Positions 8,423-18,108 are shown, numbered from the stretch's first letter. The stretch: DNA of 64,000 bases from a bacterium (GCA_021163265.1 JAGGXC010000023.1:6378-70377); one strand, 5' to 3'. Program-made: numbers and translations. The notes: a model not told the origin generated them from the sequence alone.

Positions 8423-10898
8423 ATTTTGGCCAGCAACATTTTTTGTATTTTTTTCCTGAACCGCAAGGACAAGGATCATTGCGACCAGGAGTTTGTCTTA
8501 CCTGACGATGATTTACAACTGTTCTTCGAAAATATTGAGGTGGCTGTGGAGACTCTTTTTTGTTTATTTCTATATTTAAAATGGAGTGAACAATAGCTTT
8601 CTCTATCGTATCCAAAAACTGCCTAAACAAACGGTGACCCTCTGTTTTATATTCTACCAAAGGATCCTGAGCTCCGTAAGCTCTTAAACGAACAGAATCC
8701 TTCAGATGATGTTCCATCATATATAAATGATCTATCCATAACATATCCATTGTACGCAAGGCAACAAACCTCATTATCTTTAACATATTTTCCTTTCCTA
8801 TCAGCTCTTCCTTTTTTTGATATTCATCTTTTGAATAGCCATGTCTTTCTATCATTTCAATTACTTTCTGTCGCAAATCGTCAGGAGTAGCTCTTAAAAT
8901 CTCTTTCCGTTTACGATAAAATGTTTCTCGATGTTTATTAAGCACGTCATCATATTCTAATAGATGCTTTCTTGCATCAAAATTCATTCCCTCAAGCTTT
9001 GACTGAGCCGCTTCAATTGCATTTGAGACCATCTTTGCTTCTATAGGTTGATCCTCGGGAATATTTAGTTTCTCCATTAATACTTTTAACTTTTCTCCTC
9101 CAAATATCTGCATAAGGTCATCCTCGAGAGAAACAAAAAACTGAGAAGAACCAGGATCTCCTTGTCTTCCTGCTCTACCTCTTAATTGATTATCGATTCG
9201 CCGCGCTTCATGTCTTTCTGTTCCTATAACATGAAGCCCTCCCAAAGCTCTCACTTTCTTTGCTTCTTCAGGATCTGGAGGATTTCCTCCTAAAATAATA
9301 TCCACTCCCCTTCCTGCCATATTAGTAGCTACAGTTACCTGTCCCAATCTCCCCGCTTGAGCAATAATCTCTCCTTCTCTTTCATGGTTTGTGGCATCTA
9401 AGACCTGGCAAGCAATCCCTTCTCTCTCCAATAGTCTTTTAATTATCCTGTTTTTTTCAATCGCCCCTTCTGTATGCTCTCTAGCAGCGAACACACCTGT
9501 TCCTATCAAAATTGGTTGACCTAGCGCATGACGTTTTTTTACCTCTTCTACTATAGCTTTCAATTTTCCTTTCTTTGTTCTATACACCCGATCAGGCAAA
9601 TCCTTTCTTATCATTGGTTTATTTGTAGGAACAGAAATCACTTCTAGATTGTAAACCTTATCAAACTCTTCAGCAGATGTAGCCGCTGTTCCTGTCATAC
9701 CCGCTAACTTTTCATACATCCGGAAATAATTCTGAAAAGTAATGGATGCAAGTGTCCGAGATTCAGGCTTTACTTCAAGACCCTCTTTTGCTTCCACTGC
9801 TTGATGAAGACCACCTGACCACCTTCTTCCAGGCATTAATCTCCCTGTAAATTCATCAACTATAATTACTTCCCCATTCTTTACAATATAATCCCTGTCT
9901 CTTTTAAACAAAACGCGAGCTTTAAGAGCAGCCTCTAATTGATGAATAGTAATAATATCACTCTTAGCCCAAGGATCAAAGCCAAGCTCCCTAATAATTC
10001 TTTCTTGCCCTTTTTCGGTAAAAGTAGGAATACGCATCTTCGCATCCATTACATAATCCTGATTTTCTTTAAACTGACTTATCAATCTAGCAAACCGATA
10101 ATACTTCTCTGTAGATTTCTCAGCAGGCGAAGAAATAATTAAAGGTGTTCTTGCTTCATCAATCAAAATAGAATCTATCTCATCAATTATCGCATAAAAA
10201 AAGCCTCTCTGGACCTCTTCCTCTGAACTATAAACCATGTTATCCCGAAGATAATCAAAACCAAACTCATTGTTTGTACCGTAGGTAATATCTGCTTGAT
10301 AAGCTTCTTTTCTGGTACAAGGACGGAGAAAATCTTCTACTACTTTAAAAGAACCTAGTTCGTCTCGGATTTTATCTTTCTCCTCATCTGGCTTTTTATA
10401 CTCCGGATCATAAATAAAAGACTGCTCATGATTAAGACAACCAACAGATAGCCCTAAATAATGATAAATCTGTCCCATCCATACAGTATCTCTTCTTGCT
10501 AAATAATCATTTACTGTAACAAGGTGAACACCCCTACCTGTGAGAGCATTCAAATATAAAGGTAATGTAGCAGCAAGGGTTTTACCTTCACCTGTTTTCA
10601 TTTCGGCAATCTTTCCCTGATGAAGAACTATACCTCCGATGAGTTGACAATCAAAATGTCTCTGACCTAAAGTCCTTTTCGCTGCTTCTCTTACTACAGC
10701 AAATGCTTCAGGTAGAACATTATCAAGAGATTGGCCTTTTTTAATCCTTTCTTTAAACTCAAGTGTCTTTTTTCTTAGTTCTTCTTGTGACAAACGCTCA
10801 AAGTTTTTCTCTAAACTGTTAATCTTCTCAACATAAGGATAAATACTTCTAAGATACTTTTCGTTGGCATCGCCAAATATTTTATTTAAAATTCCCAT
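8415..10898 (-). CDS. secA: Preprotein translocase ATPase SecA.
   Basis: Full-length SecA domain order: DEAD-like NBD1 (GEGKT), preprotein cross-linking domain, NBD2, helical scaffold, and the C-terminal zinc-binding tail CPCGSGKKYKKCC. Confidence 0.95.
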   Translation of the reverse strand: MGILNKIFGDANEKYLRSIYPYVEKINSLEKNFERLSQEELRKKTLEFKERIKKGQSLDNVLPEAFAVVREAAKRTLGQRHFDCQLIGGIVLHQGKIAEMKTGEGKTLAATLPLYLNALTGRGVHLVTVNDYLARRDTVWMGQIYHYLGLSVGCLNHEQSFIYDPEYKKPDEEKDKIRDELGSFKVVEDFLRPCTRKEAYQADITYGTNNEFGFDYLRDNMVYSSEEEVQRGFFYAIIDEIDSILIDEARTPLIISSPAEKSTEKYYRFARLISQFKENQDYVMDAKMRIPTFTEKGQERIIRELGFDPWAKSDIITIHQLEAALKARVLFKRDRDYIVKNGEVIIVDEFTGRLMPGRRWSGGLHQAVEAKEGLEVKPESRTLASITFQNYFRMYEKLAGMTGTAATSAEEFDKVYNLEVISVPTNKPMIRKDLPDRVYRTKKGKLKAIVEEVKKRHALGQPILIGTGVFAAREHTEGAIEKNRIIKRLLEREGIACQVLDATNHEREGEIIAQAGRLGQVTVATNMAGRGVDIILGGNPPDPEEAKKVRALGGLHVIGTERHEARRIDNQLRGRAGRQGDPGSSQFFVSLEDDLMQIFGGEKLKVLMEKLNIPEDQPIEAKMVSNAIEAAQSKLEGMNFDARKHLLEYDDVLNKHRETFYRKRKEILRATPDDLRQKVIEMIERHGYSKDEYQKKEELIGKENMLKIMRFVALRTMDMLWIDHLYMMEHHLKDSVRLRAYGAQDPLVEYKTEGHRLFRQFLDTIEKAIVHSILNIEINKKESPQPPQYFRRTVVNHRQVRQTPGRNDPCPCGSGKKYKKCCWPKYG

Positions 10899-10935
10899 AT
10901 GTAAATATTTAGAGGCTAATCAAAAGAAGTGCTTT

Positions 10936-10964
10936 ATTATATAAAAATATCTCTTTGTTTGCAA
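10936..10964 (-). promoter_or_regulatory. Near-consensus sigma-70-like promoter upstream of secA.
   Basis: On the minus strand: TTGCAA, a 17-nt spacer, then TATAAT. The predicted start of transcription is about 30 nt upstream of the secA ATG. Confidence 0.35.
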
Positions 10965-11023
10965 GAAAAAAAGGCAGTTCCTCTCTACCTTCTCAGATTT
11001 ACAATCTATTTGTTACTTTTGGA

Positions 11024-11443
11024 TTATCTTTTTTTTCTTTCCTGACTAACTGATGATGAAGAAATTATTTCTTTAAACTTCCTACTCGACCTCCGTACTT
11101 TTGAGATCTGTTTTTCTTTATACTGTTTAAGTATCCTTTGAAGTTCATCTTTAACTTCGGTTATTGCCAAGAAAATATCATTTTTCACTGACTCAGCTCT
11201 TACACTCTTACCGGGCAATTTTATTTGACATTCTACTCGAAAGACATCTCCTTTTCGATGATGTAGTCTTTTTTCTAGCTCTACCCATCCTTCCACAGCT
11301 GGTTTTACTTTATGGGATTGTTTGAAATCCTCACCTATATCTTTTATAAGCTTCTCTAATCCTCCGATCTTTTCTTTTACAGCGCTTCTAAGAGAAGGAG
11401 AAATTTTAATATTTGTACCCTTAATTTCAAGTTTAAATCGCAT
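11024..11443 (-). CDS. hpf: Ribosome hibernation promoting factor (RaiA/HPF family).
   Basis: MRFKLEIKGTNIKISPSLRSAVKEKI..LEKL followed by a beta-alpha-beta-beta-beta-alpha pattern typical of HPF/YfiA, with a basic C-terminal tail. The hpf-secA gene order is a widely conserved arrangement. Confidence 0.8.
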   Translation of the reverse strand: MRFKLEIKGTNIKISPSLRSAVKEKIGGLEKLIKDIGEDFKQSHKVKPAVEGWVELEKRLHHRKGDVFRVECQIKLPGKSVRAESVKNDIFLAITEVKDELQRILKQYKEKQISKVRRSSRKFKEIISSSSVSQERKKR

Positions 11444-11548
11444 AATAATTCTGAGTTATAAAAGCTATTTTACAGAAACAATACCGCCCCCTTTGAGTCC
11501 CAAATTTGATAAAAATTCAGATTCTATTTAAGGGGGCGTCCCACAAAA

Positions 11549-11644
11549 CTATTTTTTCTTTCTTCTTTTGGTAGTCTTTTTCTTCTTTGTGGTTTTTTTC
11601 TTCTTTGTACTCTTCTTTTTTGTGGTTTTTTTCTTCTTGGCCAT
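11549..11644 (-). CDS. Candidate 31-aa Lys/Thr-rich basic micro-protein (MAKKKKTTKKKSTKKKKTTKKKKTTKRRKKK).
   Basis: An ATG at 11644 is preceded by GGAGGGG about 7 nt upstream. The frame ends at a TAG at 11551-11549. The sequence is low-complexity, so whether it is coding is uncertain. Confidence 0.25.
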   Translation of the reverse strand: MAKKKKTTKKKSTKKKKTTKKKKTTKRRKKK

Positions 11645-11789
11645 TTATATACCCCTCCAGGTATTTCAAAAACCTGGTATTTTTGTTTTTTGAATGCAAA
11701 TAGTCGACCAGCCTATTTGCAATATAAATTTATTATTTTATTTTCTCATTTCTAAAAAGAGTGTCAAGGTGGATAACTACAAAAGCGAT

Positions 11790-12680
11790 TCAAAAACCAA
11801 GATATTCAATTTCTTCTTTCAGTACAATATTGAATTTTTGTTTTACTTTTTCTTTTGCTAAATTAATTAAATATAAAACATCTTCACTGCTAGCATCTCC
11901 TAGGTTTACAATAAAATTACCATGCTTCTTTGAAATCTCTGCCCCTCCTTTTTTTGCTCCTTTCAGATTACACATTTCAATTAACTTTCCTGCCGAAAAA
12001 CCTTCTGGATTTTTAAAAATAGAGCCTGCTGACCGTAAACCTATTGGTTGTTTTTCTTTCCTATAATTCAAATTTCTCTCTATCCTTTTTTTTATCTCTT
12101 CCCTATTTCCTTTTTCCAGAGTAAGTCTCGCTTCTAAAATTACCAAATTTTTATTTTGTTTAAAAATACTATCTCTGTAATCAAAAAGGCATTGATCTCT
12201 TAAATACTTCCTAATTATTATTTCGGAATCTAGTTCTAGAACTTTTATTTCTTGAATGACTGTTGAAATTGATCTACCAAAAGCACCGCTGTTTCCTCTT
12301 ATTGCTCCTCCCACAGTCCCAGGAATTCCTGCCGCCCATTCCAAGCCAGTAAGCTCAGCTCTTTCTGATAGGCGAACTAATTGGCTTAGTAATACACCTG
12401 CCCCAGCTAATATTTCAAGCTTATTCTGCTCAATTCTTCTATTCTCTGTTTTTATCACTAATCCATCAAAGCCTTTATCAGAAATTAAAAGATTGCTCCC
12501 TCCTCCTAAAATAAAAAAATCAAGTTTATATTCTTTCGCTACCTGAACAGCTTTAATTATTGATTCTGTATCTTTTGCAACAAAAAAATATTTTGCTTGT
12601 CCTCCGATTCCTAAAGTAGTATAAGAAGAAAGTAAAATATTTTTTTTAATGCCATTCAACCTGTTTTCTATTGAAGACAT
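11790..12680 (-). CDS. murB: UDP-N-acetylenolpyruvoylglucosamine reductase MurB.
   Basis: YTTLGIGG (FAD-binding domain), FDYRDSIFK and AGSIFKNP motifs match those of E. coli MurB. The length is typical. Confidence 0.9.
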   Translation of the reverse strand: MSSIENRLNGIKKNILLSSYTTLGIGGQAKYFFVAKDTESIIKAVQVAKEYKLDFFILGGGSNLLISDKGFDGLVIKTENRRIEQNKLEILAGAGVLLSQLVRLSERAELTGLEWAAGIPGTVGGAIRGNSGAFGRSISTVIQEIKVLELDSEIIIRKYLRDQCLFDYRDSIFKQNKNLVILEARLTLEKGNREEIKKRIERNLNYRKEKQPIGLRSAGSIFKNPEGFSAGKLIEMCNLKGAKKGGAEISKKHGNFIVNLGDASSEDVLYLINLAKEKVKQKFNIVLKEEIEYLGF

Positions 12681-12701
12681 CTTTTAGATATAGATATTTA
12701 T

Positions 12702-12764
12702 AAAAAAGGACCGGAGGAGTTGACTCCAATTCTAAGTCTTTTGGTGAGTGCTAGCCTCCGGTCC
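12702..12764 (-). terminator. Hairpin plus U6, about 21 nt upstream of the murB ATG. It could be a second tandem terminator, a leader attenuator or a tiny RNA.
   Basis: On the minus strand, GGACCGGAGG pairs with CCTCCGGTCC across a 36-nt loop that contains an alternative mini-hairpin (GGAG-UCAA-CUCC). The hairpin is followed by TTTTTT. Confidence 0.4.
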
Positions 12765-12771
12765 GATTATC

Positions 12772-12800
12772 ATTATACATTTATTTTTCTCTTGAAGCAA
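12772..12800 (-). promoter_or_regulatory. Sigma-70-like promoter (TTGCTT, 17-nt spacer, TATAAT) lying between the two hairpins.
   Basis: I read the hexamers and the 17-nt spacer directly on the minus strand. The predicted transcription start falls at the base of the 12764 hairpin. Confidence 0.3.
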
Positions 12801-12839
12801 GAAAAAAGTGTCGGACCTCACTGATGTAAGGTCCGACAC
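12796..12839 (-). terminator. Rho-independent terminator of the glycan operon.
   Basis: On the minus strand, GTGTCGGACC, a 12-nt loop and GGTCCGACAC form a 10-bp GC-rich stem, followed by TTTTTTCTT. It lies 90 nt downstream of the stop of the 694-aa gene. Confidence 0.55.
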
Positions 12840-12926
12840 CGACTTTAGAATGGAGTCTCCGATATACTCGGAGTCGCACTCACCGTTTTAATATTAACAA
12901 TATAATCAAAGCTTGTCAAGAGCTTA

Positions 12927-15011
12927 TCATTGACTAAGTTCTTCTTTAGAAACTCCGAGACCTCTTTGATTTAAAAGATTTTGAATGTCGTTGGCCCACT
13001 TAGGATTAATATCTAGAGCTGTTTTAATTGCCCGTTTCATATACTCCTGGTTACCTGTTGCTTTCGCTATCACTATTCCGACATCCACCATTATCATATT
13101 TGACTGCTCAGCACGAGGAGCAAGCAACACTGATTTTCGAGCAACAAGAAAAGCTTCATCAAACTTTCCTTCAAACATTTTGGTTTGAGCAAGAGCCCAA
13201 TAAGCCTGCTGATTTCCGGGACTAATCTCAATAGCTTTATTCAAAACCTCTTCTGCTTTTTTTAAAGCAGAATAATCTATCCTCGAGTAGATATTATATA
13301 CACTTCCTAGCAAGAGATAAGAAGAAAAAAGCAAAGGAGATTCTTTTATATTTTCTTCTAATCCTTGAGCAAGAAAGGTAAGTTCTCTCTTTTGATCTTC
13401 CAGAGGAATTGCTTCCACGATAGGACGAATTTTATATTTAGCCATCTCTTGACTAGCAATGTTTTCTCTCATCTGAAATTTCCCCATAGGAGAAATCGAC
13501 AAGCTCTCTTTATACAAATCAATTCTTTCTTTTGAGTCTTCGGTATGAACAGCTTTTATAAGAGTCATATTGGAACGTGCCGGTTGAATTACAAAATAAA
13601 ACAGAGAGAAACCTAAAGCTAACGAAAAGACCACAAAACCAACCATAAAACCAATTCGATTAAATGAAAGATCTCCCTCTTCGATCTTAATATTTTCTTT
13701 TTGAGAAGCTATACTTCCCACAAACCCCAAGACGACAAAAAACATCATATAACTTGCTACCATATCGAATACAGTTAAATTTTGAATAAAGTAAGCAAGT
13801 AGAGTAACTGAAAAGAGAGAAACGGTTAAGAAATCTAATTCTTGACGATAATATTTTTTCCAAAGTATCCAAAATACAGAAAGAAAAAATAAAAGATAAA
13901 CCAAAAATCCAACCATTCCCATTGCAACTAATGTATCTACTATAATATTATGAGCCCGGTCAAACCAGATGTCATTTCCATATTCCTCTCTGATAAAAAG
14001 GCGGGGGTCAAAATATTTCGTAAAAGCGATATTGAAATTCTCAGGCCCCCATCCAAAAAGAGGCCTTTCTTTCAAAGCTCTTATACCTATATTCCAGACA
14101 AGAGCACGATCTTTTGAAATTGATAAAGAAACTTTATCAAGTATTTCACGCTGAATTATATTTTTCTGTCCAAAATAAGCATATGAAAGAGAGGAATAAA
14201 TTGCCAAAACCAGAGCACATGAGAAGATTATCAAGAGAGAAATACCAGCTATCTTCAGTTTTTTATCTCGATGATAAATACACCAAAGCAAAAACAACAA
14301 AACAAGCCCGCCAACAAATGAAATAGCTGCTGCTCTGCCTGTGCTAAGAAAAAGAGAAATTATAACAATAGCAGAAAAAATCCCAAACAATATCCTCAAT
14401 TCTTGCTCAAAAAGCTCAAAGAAAAGGTAAATTCCAAGAAAAGCATTAAATAATAAATAAGAAGCTAGGAATGAACTATTCCCTAACGTCCCTCCTCCCC
14501 GAGTCTCCAAACCTGCTTTAGCAAGAGGTCCAATATGTTTGGCGGTTAAGATAGCCAGAGAACCTACAATTGCTGCAATTATTATTGATACCTCAAAGAC
14601 TTTTATCCAATCTTCTTTTTTAAAAACCGAAGATGTAGCTACAAATAACCCAAAAAGATGAAACCACATTAACAATCCTGTCATTCTTTCATATTTTGAC
14701 CAAAAACTCTCAGCCGGACAAACCCCAAACACTGTGGAGATTATCATAGACACAAGAAAAAGAGAAAGTCCAACTAAAAGGATGTTTAATTTAGGTCTAT
14801 ATTTAGAAAAAGAAACTGCCAAAATCAAATAGACAAAAATTATCACTTCTGCTACTCCAAAAAAATAAAGAGTTTTTGGAGCAACAAAAGGAAAAAAGAA
14901 ATTCCTGCTTATTATAAGAGGAGTAAGCAAAAGCGAATAAACAGAAAACTTAAAGATCACAAGAAGAAGATGTTCTATTTTCTTGCTTAAACTAAAAATA
15001 TGGTTTGACAT
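12927..15011 (-). CDS. O-antigen ligase/polymerase-family membrane protein (Wzy_C-like) with C-terminal TPR repeats.
   Basis: About ten N-terminal transmembrane helices, with GRAAAISFVGGLVLL and WGPENF-type periplasmic-loop motifs typical of Wzy_C (WaaL/Wzy). The C-terminal roughly 200 aa form TPR-like helical repeats. Confidence 0.65.
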   Translation of the reverse strand: MSNHIFSLSKKIEHLLLVIFKFSVYSLLLTPLIISRNFFFPFVAPKTLYFFGVAEVIIFVYLILAVSFSKYRPKLNILLVGLSLFLVSMIISTVFGVCPAESFWSKYERMTGLLMWFHLFGLFVATSSVFKKEDWIKVFEVSIIIAAIVGSLAILTAKHIGPLAKAGLETRGGGTLGNSSFLASYLLFNAFLGIYLFFELFEQELRILFGIFSAIVIISLFLSTGRAAAISFVGGLVLLFLLWCIYHRDKKLKIAGISLLIIFSCALVLAIYSSLSYAYFGQKNIIQREILDKVSLSISKDRALVWNIGIRALKERPLFGWGPENFNIAFTKYFDPRLFIREEYGNDIWFDRAHNIIVDTLVAMGMVGFLVYLLFFLSVFWILWKKYYRQELDFLTVSLFSVTLLAYFIQNLTVFDMVASYMMFFVVLGFVGSIASQKENIKIEEGDLSFNRIGFMVGFVVFSLALGFSLFYFVIQPARSNMTLIKAVHTEDSKERIDLYKESLSISPMGKFQMRENIASQEMAKYKIRPIVEAIPLEDQKRELTFLAQGLEENIKESPLLFSSYLLLGSVYNIYSRIDYSALKKAEEVLNKAIEISPGNQQAYWALAQTKMFEGKFDEAFLVARKSVLLAPRAEQSNMIMVDVGIVIAKATGNQEYMKRAIKTALDINPKWANDIQNLLNQRGLGVSKEELSQ

Positions 15012-15084
15012 ATTTTATGAACAGTAATAAAAAATATTTTTTAATTATAGCTATTTATTTTTAAAAAAACAAATATTTTATTTT

Positions 15085-16956
15085 TTATTCCTTATGAGAA
15101 AAAGAAGGAACTATTTCTTTTAAGATTTTTATAATTTCTTTTTTATTGTTCTTTGAGATAGTTTCTTTAAGTTCGGCGAGACAAGAATCAAGCTTTTCTT
15201 TATTTACTTCCGGAAGTTTAGCAATAAAAATTCTTTCTCTTTGAGTAGCTTGAGTTCCTTCTTCTGCTGTTAAGATATTTTCAAAAAATTTTTCCCCTGG
15301 TCGAGGTCCAGAAAAAACAATAGGAATATCCTTGTCTGGTTCAAGACCACTAAGACGGATAAGTTCGCGAGCTAAATCAATAATTTTGATAGGTTTTCCC
15401 ATATCTAGAACAAAAATTTCTCCGCCATGACCCATCTCTGCTGCCTGCATTACCAATAGACATGCCTCAGGTATCATCATAAAATACCTCTTCATTTCAG
15501 GATGAGTTACCTCCACTGGCCCTCCTTTCTTGATTTGCTCTTTAAATATAGGAATAACACTTCCTCGACTATCTAATACATTCCCAAATCTTACAGCAAT
15601 AAATCTACAAGAACTACTCTTATTAAGAGCTTGACAAATCATCTCTCCTATCCTTTTAGTGGCACCCATTACCGAAACAGGATTAACTGCTTTGTCTGTA
15701 GAAATAAATATAAATTTCTCTACATTATACTCCACGGCAAGATCAGCTATTGTTTTTGTGCCAAAAATATTATTCTTTACTGCTTCCTCAGGATAAGCTT
15801 CCATTAAAGGAACGTGTTTATAGGCAGCAGCATGGAATACAATCTGAGGTCTAAATTCTTCAAAAGTATATCTCATTTTTTCTTTATCCAGAATATCACC
15901 AACTACTTCTTTGAACTCAAGATCGGGAAATCTAGCCCTAATTTCCTGGTTAATATTAAAAATACCTGTCTCGTCTTGATCTAGCGCTATTAACAAAGCA
16001 GGTTTGAATTTAGCAATCTGCCGACAAAGTTCAGATCCAATCGAACCGGCTGCTCCTGTAACCAAAATCTTTTTGTTCTTGATAAATTTTTTAATTGCAT
16101 CAAAGTCAAAAGAAATAGGCTCTCTTCCTAAAAGATCCTCTATTCTTAAATCTTTAAGATCAGCAACGGAAACTTCCCCATCTACAATTTCTGTTAAACT
16201 AGGAACTACTTTAATATTCTTTATACCTGCTCTCCTTCCTTGTTCTACTGCTCTTCTGATAACATTTGAACCTGCTGAAGGAAGAGCAACAATCATACTT
16301 TCAATCTTTTCTTCTTTTTTTATCTTTGGAATATCATCAATCTTTCCTACAACCTTAACTCCATGAATAAGAACTCCTTGTTTCACTGCACTATCATCAA
16401 CAAAAGCAACAGGTTCAAAAATATTTGACCGCGAAGAAAGAATACTTCTTAGAATCTGCTCTCCTGCATCCCCGGCTCCCACAATAAGTGTCCTTTCCTT
16501 TTTATATTCTGCTTTTTTTCTGAAAAGAGCTAGATATACTCTTTTAGCAAAACGAATTCCTCCCGAAAAAAGAATAATTAAGAAATAACTGATAAAGAAG
16601 GTAGACCGAGGAAAACCAGTCAGCACAGGGCTGTCTTTTAAAAGAAATAAAAACACTCCCAAGAAAGCAAACACTAAAGTAGTTGCTCTTACAAGCGAAA
16701 TCAATTCTTCTGCACTTACATAGGACCAAGAAAAAGAATAAAGTTTATTAAAATAAAATATAGGAAGCGCCAAAGCCAAAGAAACCAAAGTCATCAATAT
16801 TATATCACCACTATACTGAGAAGGTATTTCACCCTCAAATCTCAGAAAGAAAGAAAGATATACAGAAAATGAAATTAAAAAAATATCAGATGTTACGAAA
16901 AATACCGTTCTCGTAAAAGGAGTTCTCTTGATATATTTATTTATAATTCTGAACAT
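15085..16956 (-). CDS. Membrane-anchored UDP-sugar 4,6-dehydratase (PglF/CapD/WbpM family).
   Basis: Four N-terminal transmembrane helices, then two Rossmann domains with LVTGAAGSIGSELCRQI (TGxxGxxG) and the YKHVPLME-type catalytic region typical of CapD/PglF. Confidence 0.85.
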   Translation of the reverse strand: MFRIINKYIKRTPFTRTVFFVTSDIFLISFSVYLSFFLRFEGEIPSQYSGDIILMTLVSLALALPIFYFNKLYSFSWSYVSAEELISLVRATTLVFAFLGVFLFLLKDSPVLTGFPRSTFFISYFLIILFSGGIRFAKRVYLALFRKKAEYKKERTLIVGAGDAGEQILRSILSSRSNIFEPVAFVDDSAVKQGVLIHGVKVVGKIDDIPKIKKEEKIESMIVALPSAGSNVIRRAVEQGRRAGIKNIKVVPSLTEIVDGEVSVADLKDLRIEDLLGREPISFDFDAIKKFIKNKKILVTGAAGSIGSELCRQIAKFKPALLIALDQDETGIFNINQEIRARFPDLEFKEVVGDILDKEKMRYTFEEFRPQIVFHAAAYKHVPLMEAYPEEAVKNNIFGTKTIADLAVEYNVEKFIFISTDKAVNPVSVMGATKRIGEMICQALNKSSSCRFIAVRFGNVLDSRGSVIPIFKEQIKKGGPVEVTHPEMKRYFMMIPEACLLVMQAAEMGHGGEIFVLDMGKPIKIIDLARELIRLSGLEPDKDIPIVFSGPRPGEKFFENILTAEEGTQATQRERIFIAKLPEVNKEKLDSCLAELKETISKNNKKEIIKILKEIVPSFSHKE

Positions 16957-16959
16957 ATT

Positions 16960-18108
16960 TTATCTACTAAAAAATTTCCGCACACAATCAACTACATATT
17001 CTATTTGTTTATCTTCCAATTCTGGATAAATCGGTAAAGAAAGGACCTCGCGCGAAATTTGATCTGTTTTGGGAAGATTAAAATAGTGAAGTTCTTTCAA
17101 ATTTTCTTGACGATAATTTGGGGTTTTCCATTTTATCAATGTCTCTATCCCTTCTTTTTGAAGATATTGAGCTAGAGAATCTCTTTGTTTTGATCTTATA
17201 ACATAATTCTGAAAAACATCAAAAAAACGACCTTCCTCTTCAGGAGCTGGAGGAAGAATTAAATCCCCTACCCCAGAAAGTCTTTCATTGTAAAAAGAAG
17301 CAATCTCTCTTCTTCTTTTGATCCATTCAGGAAAATATTTTAATTTCACATTTAAGAAAGCAGCTTGGAGATTATCTAATATAGTATTAAAACCCCAACA
17401 ATGAATCTTGCTATCTTTGCTTTGCTTTTCTTCTTCTGTTTTCAAATAGGAAGGTTTCTCTCCATGATCACGAAGCAAATATAATCTTTCAGCAAGCTGT
17501 TCGTCGTCTGTACAAACCATTCCTCCCTCACCATAAGAGCCAAGAAGTTTTGCAGGATAAAAGCTAAAGCAACTTGTTTTTCCAAAAGACCCAGCAGGAG
17601 CTCCATTGTATTTTGCTCCCAATGCTTGAGCAGCGTCTTCAATGACCAGCAGGTTATATTTCTGAGCAATTTCCATAATTTTGTCCATCTCACAGCATCG
17701 CCCATTCAAATGTACAGGAATAATAGCTTTTGTCTTATCTGTTATTGCCTCCTCTATTAGATCTGGATCCATATTAAAATCATCGCGTATATCTATTAGC
17801 ACTGGACTTGCTCCGGTTCTTATTATCACATCGATGGTAGCAATATAGGTATGATCAACTGTGATTACTTCATCTCCTGGACCTATTCCATTGGCATAAA
17901 GTGAAAGAAATAAAGCCCCGGTGCAACTACCTGTTCCAATACCGTAATTTTTTCCCACAAAACTAGCAATATCTTTTTCAAACTTAACCATATCCTCACG
18001 ATAAATTAAATCTCCTGACTCCATAATTCTATGAAAAGCATCGTCAATCTCCTTTTTAATCTTCTGATACTGAAGGGAGTAGTTTATAAATGGAACCTTA
18101 TACTTCAT
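16960..18108 (-). CDS. DegT/DnrJ/EryC1-family PLP-dependent sugar aminotransferase (PglE-like).
   Basis: Length and motifs (GTGSCTGALFLSL.., the FYPAKLLG region around the lysine, DEQLAERLYLLRDHG) fit the DegT family. It is adjacent to the PglF-like dehydratase. Confidence 0.8.
   Translation of the reverse strand: MKYKVPFINYSLQYQKIKKEIDDAFHRIMESGDLIYREDMVKFEKDIASFVGKNYGIGTGSCTGALFLSLYANGIGPGDEVITVDHTYIATIDVIIRTGASPVLIDIRDDFNMDPDLIEEAITDKTKAIIPVHLNGRCCEMDKIMEIAQKYNLLVIEDAAQALGAKYNGAPAGSFGKTSCFSFYPAKLLGSYGEGGMVCTDDEQLAERLYLLRDHGEKPSYLKTEEEKQSKDSKIHCWGFNTILDNLQAAFLNVKLKYFPEWIKRRREIASFYNERLSGVGDLILPPAPEEEGRFFDVFQNYVIRSKQRDSLAQYLQKEGIETLIKWKTPNYRQENLKELHYFNLPKTDQISREVLSLPIYPELEDKQIEYVVDCVRKFFSR

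Noticed and set aside
10899-11023. Terminator for hpf upstream of secA.
   Set aside because: A T7 run follows GGAACTGCC, but I found no convincing complementary stem. hpf and secA are probably co-transcribed, with the secA promoter in addition.
11517-11699. 60-aa minus-strand ORF from the track (MHSKNKNTRF...).
   Set aside because: It is in a different frame from the peptide frame, which is preceded by a ribosome-binding site. It has no Shine-Dalgarno sequence and its composition merely reflects the poly-A/G tract. I preferred the 31-aa frame, and even that is low confidence.
11761-12546. Plus-strand ORFs overlapping murB (11761-12066 and 12256-12546).
   Set aside because: They are antisense to murB, which carries unmistakable MurB motifs, and they have no independent support.
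12700-12880. Possible tRNA, SRP RNA or other housekeeping RNA in the murB-upstream hairpin region.
   Set aside because: The hairpins lack a tRNA cloverleaf. No T-loop GTTCRANYC is present, and the acceptor, D and anticodon arm spacing does not fit. The GGACCGGAGG arm superficially recalls the SRP RNA GGUCCGGAAGG, but there it forms a GGAA-tetraloop helix, whereas here it is simply one arm of a long stem. The region is too short for RNase P, tmRNA or 6S RNA.
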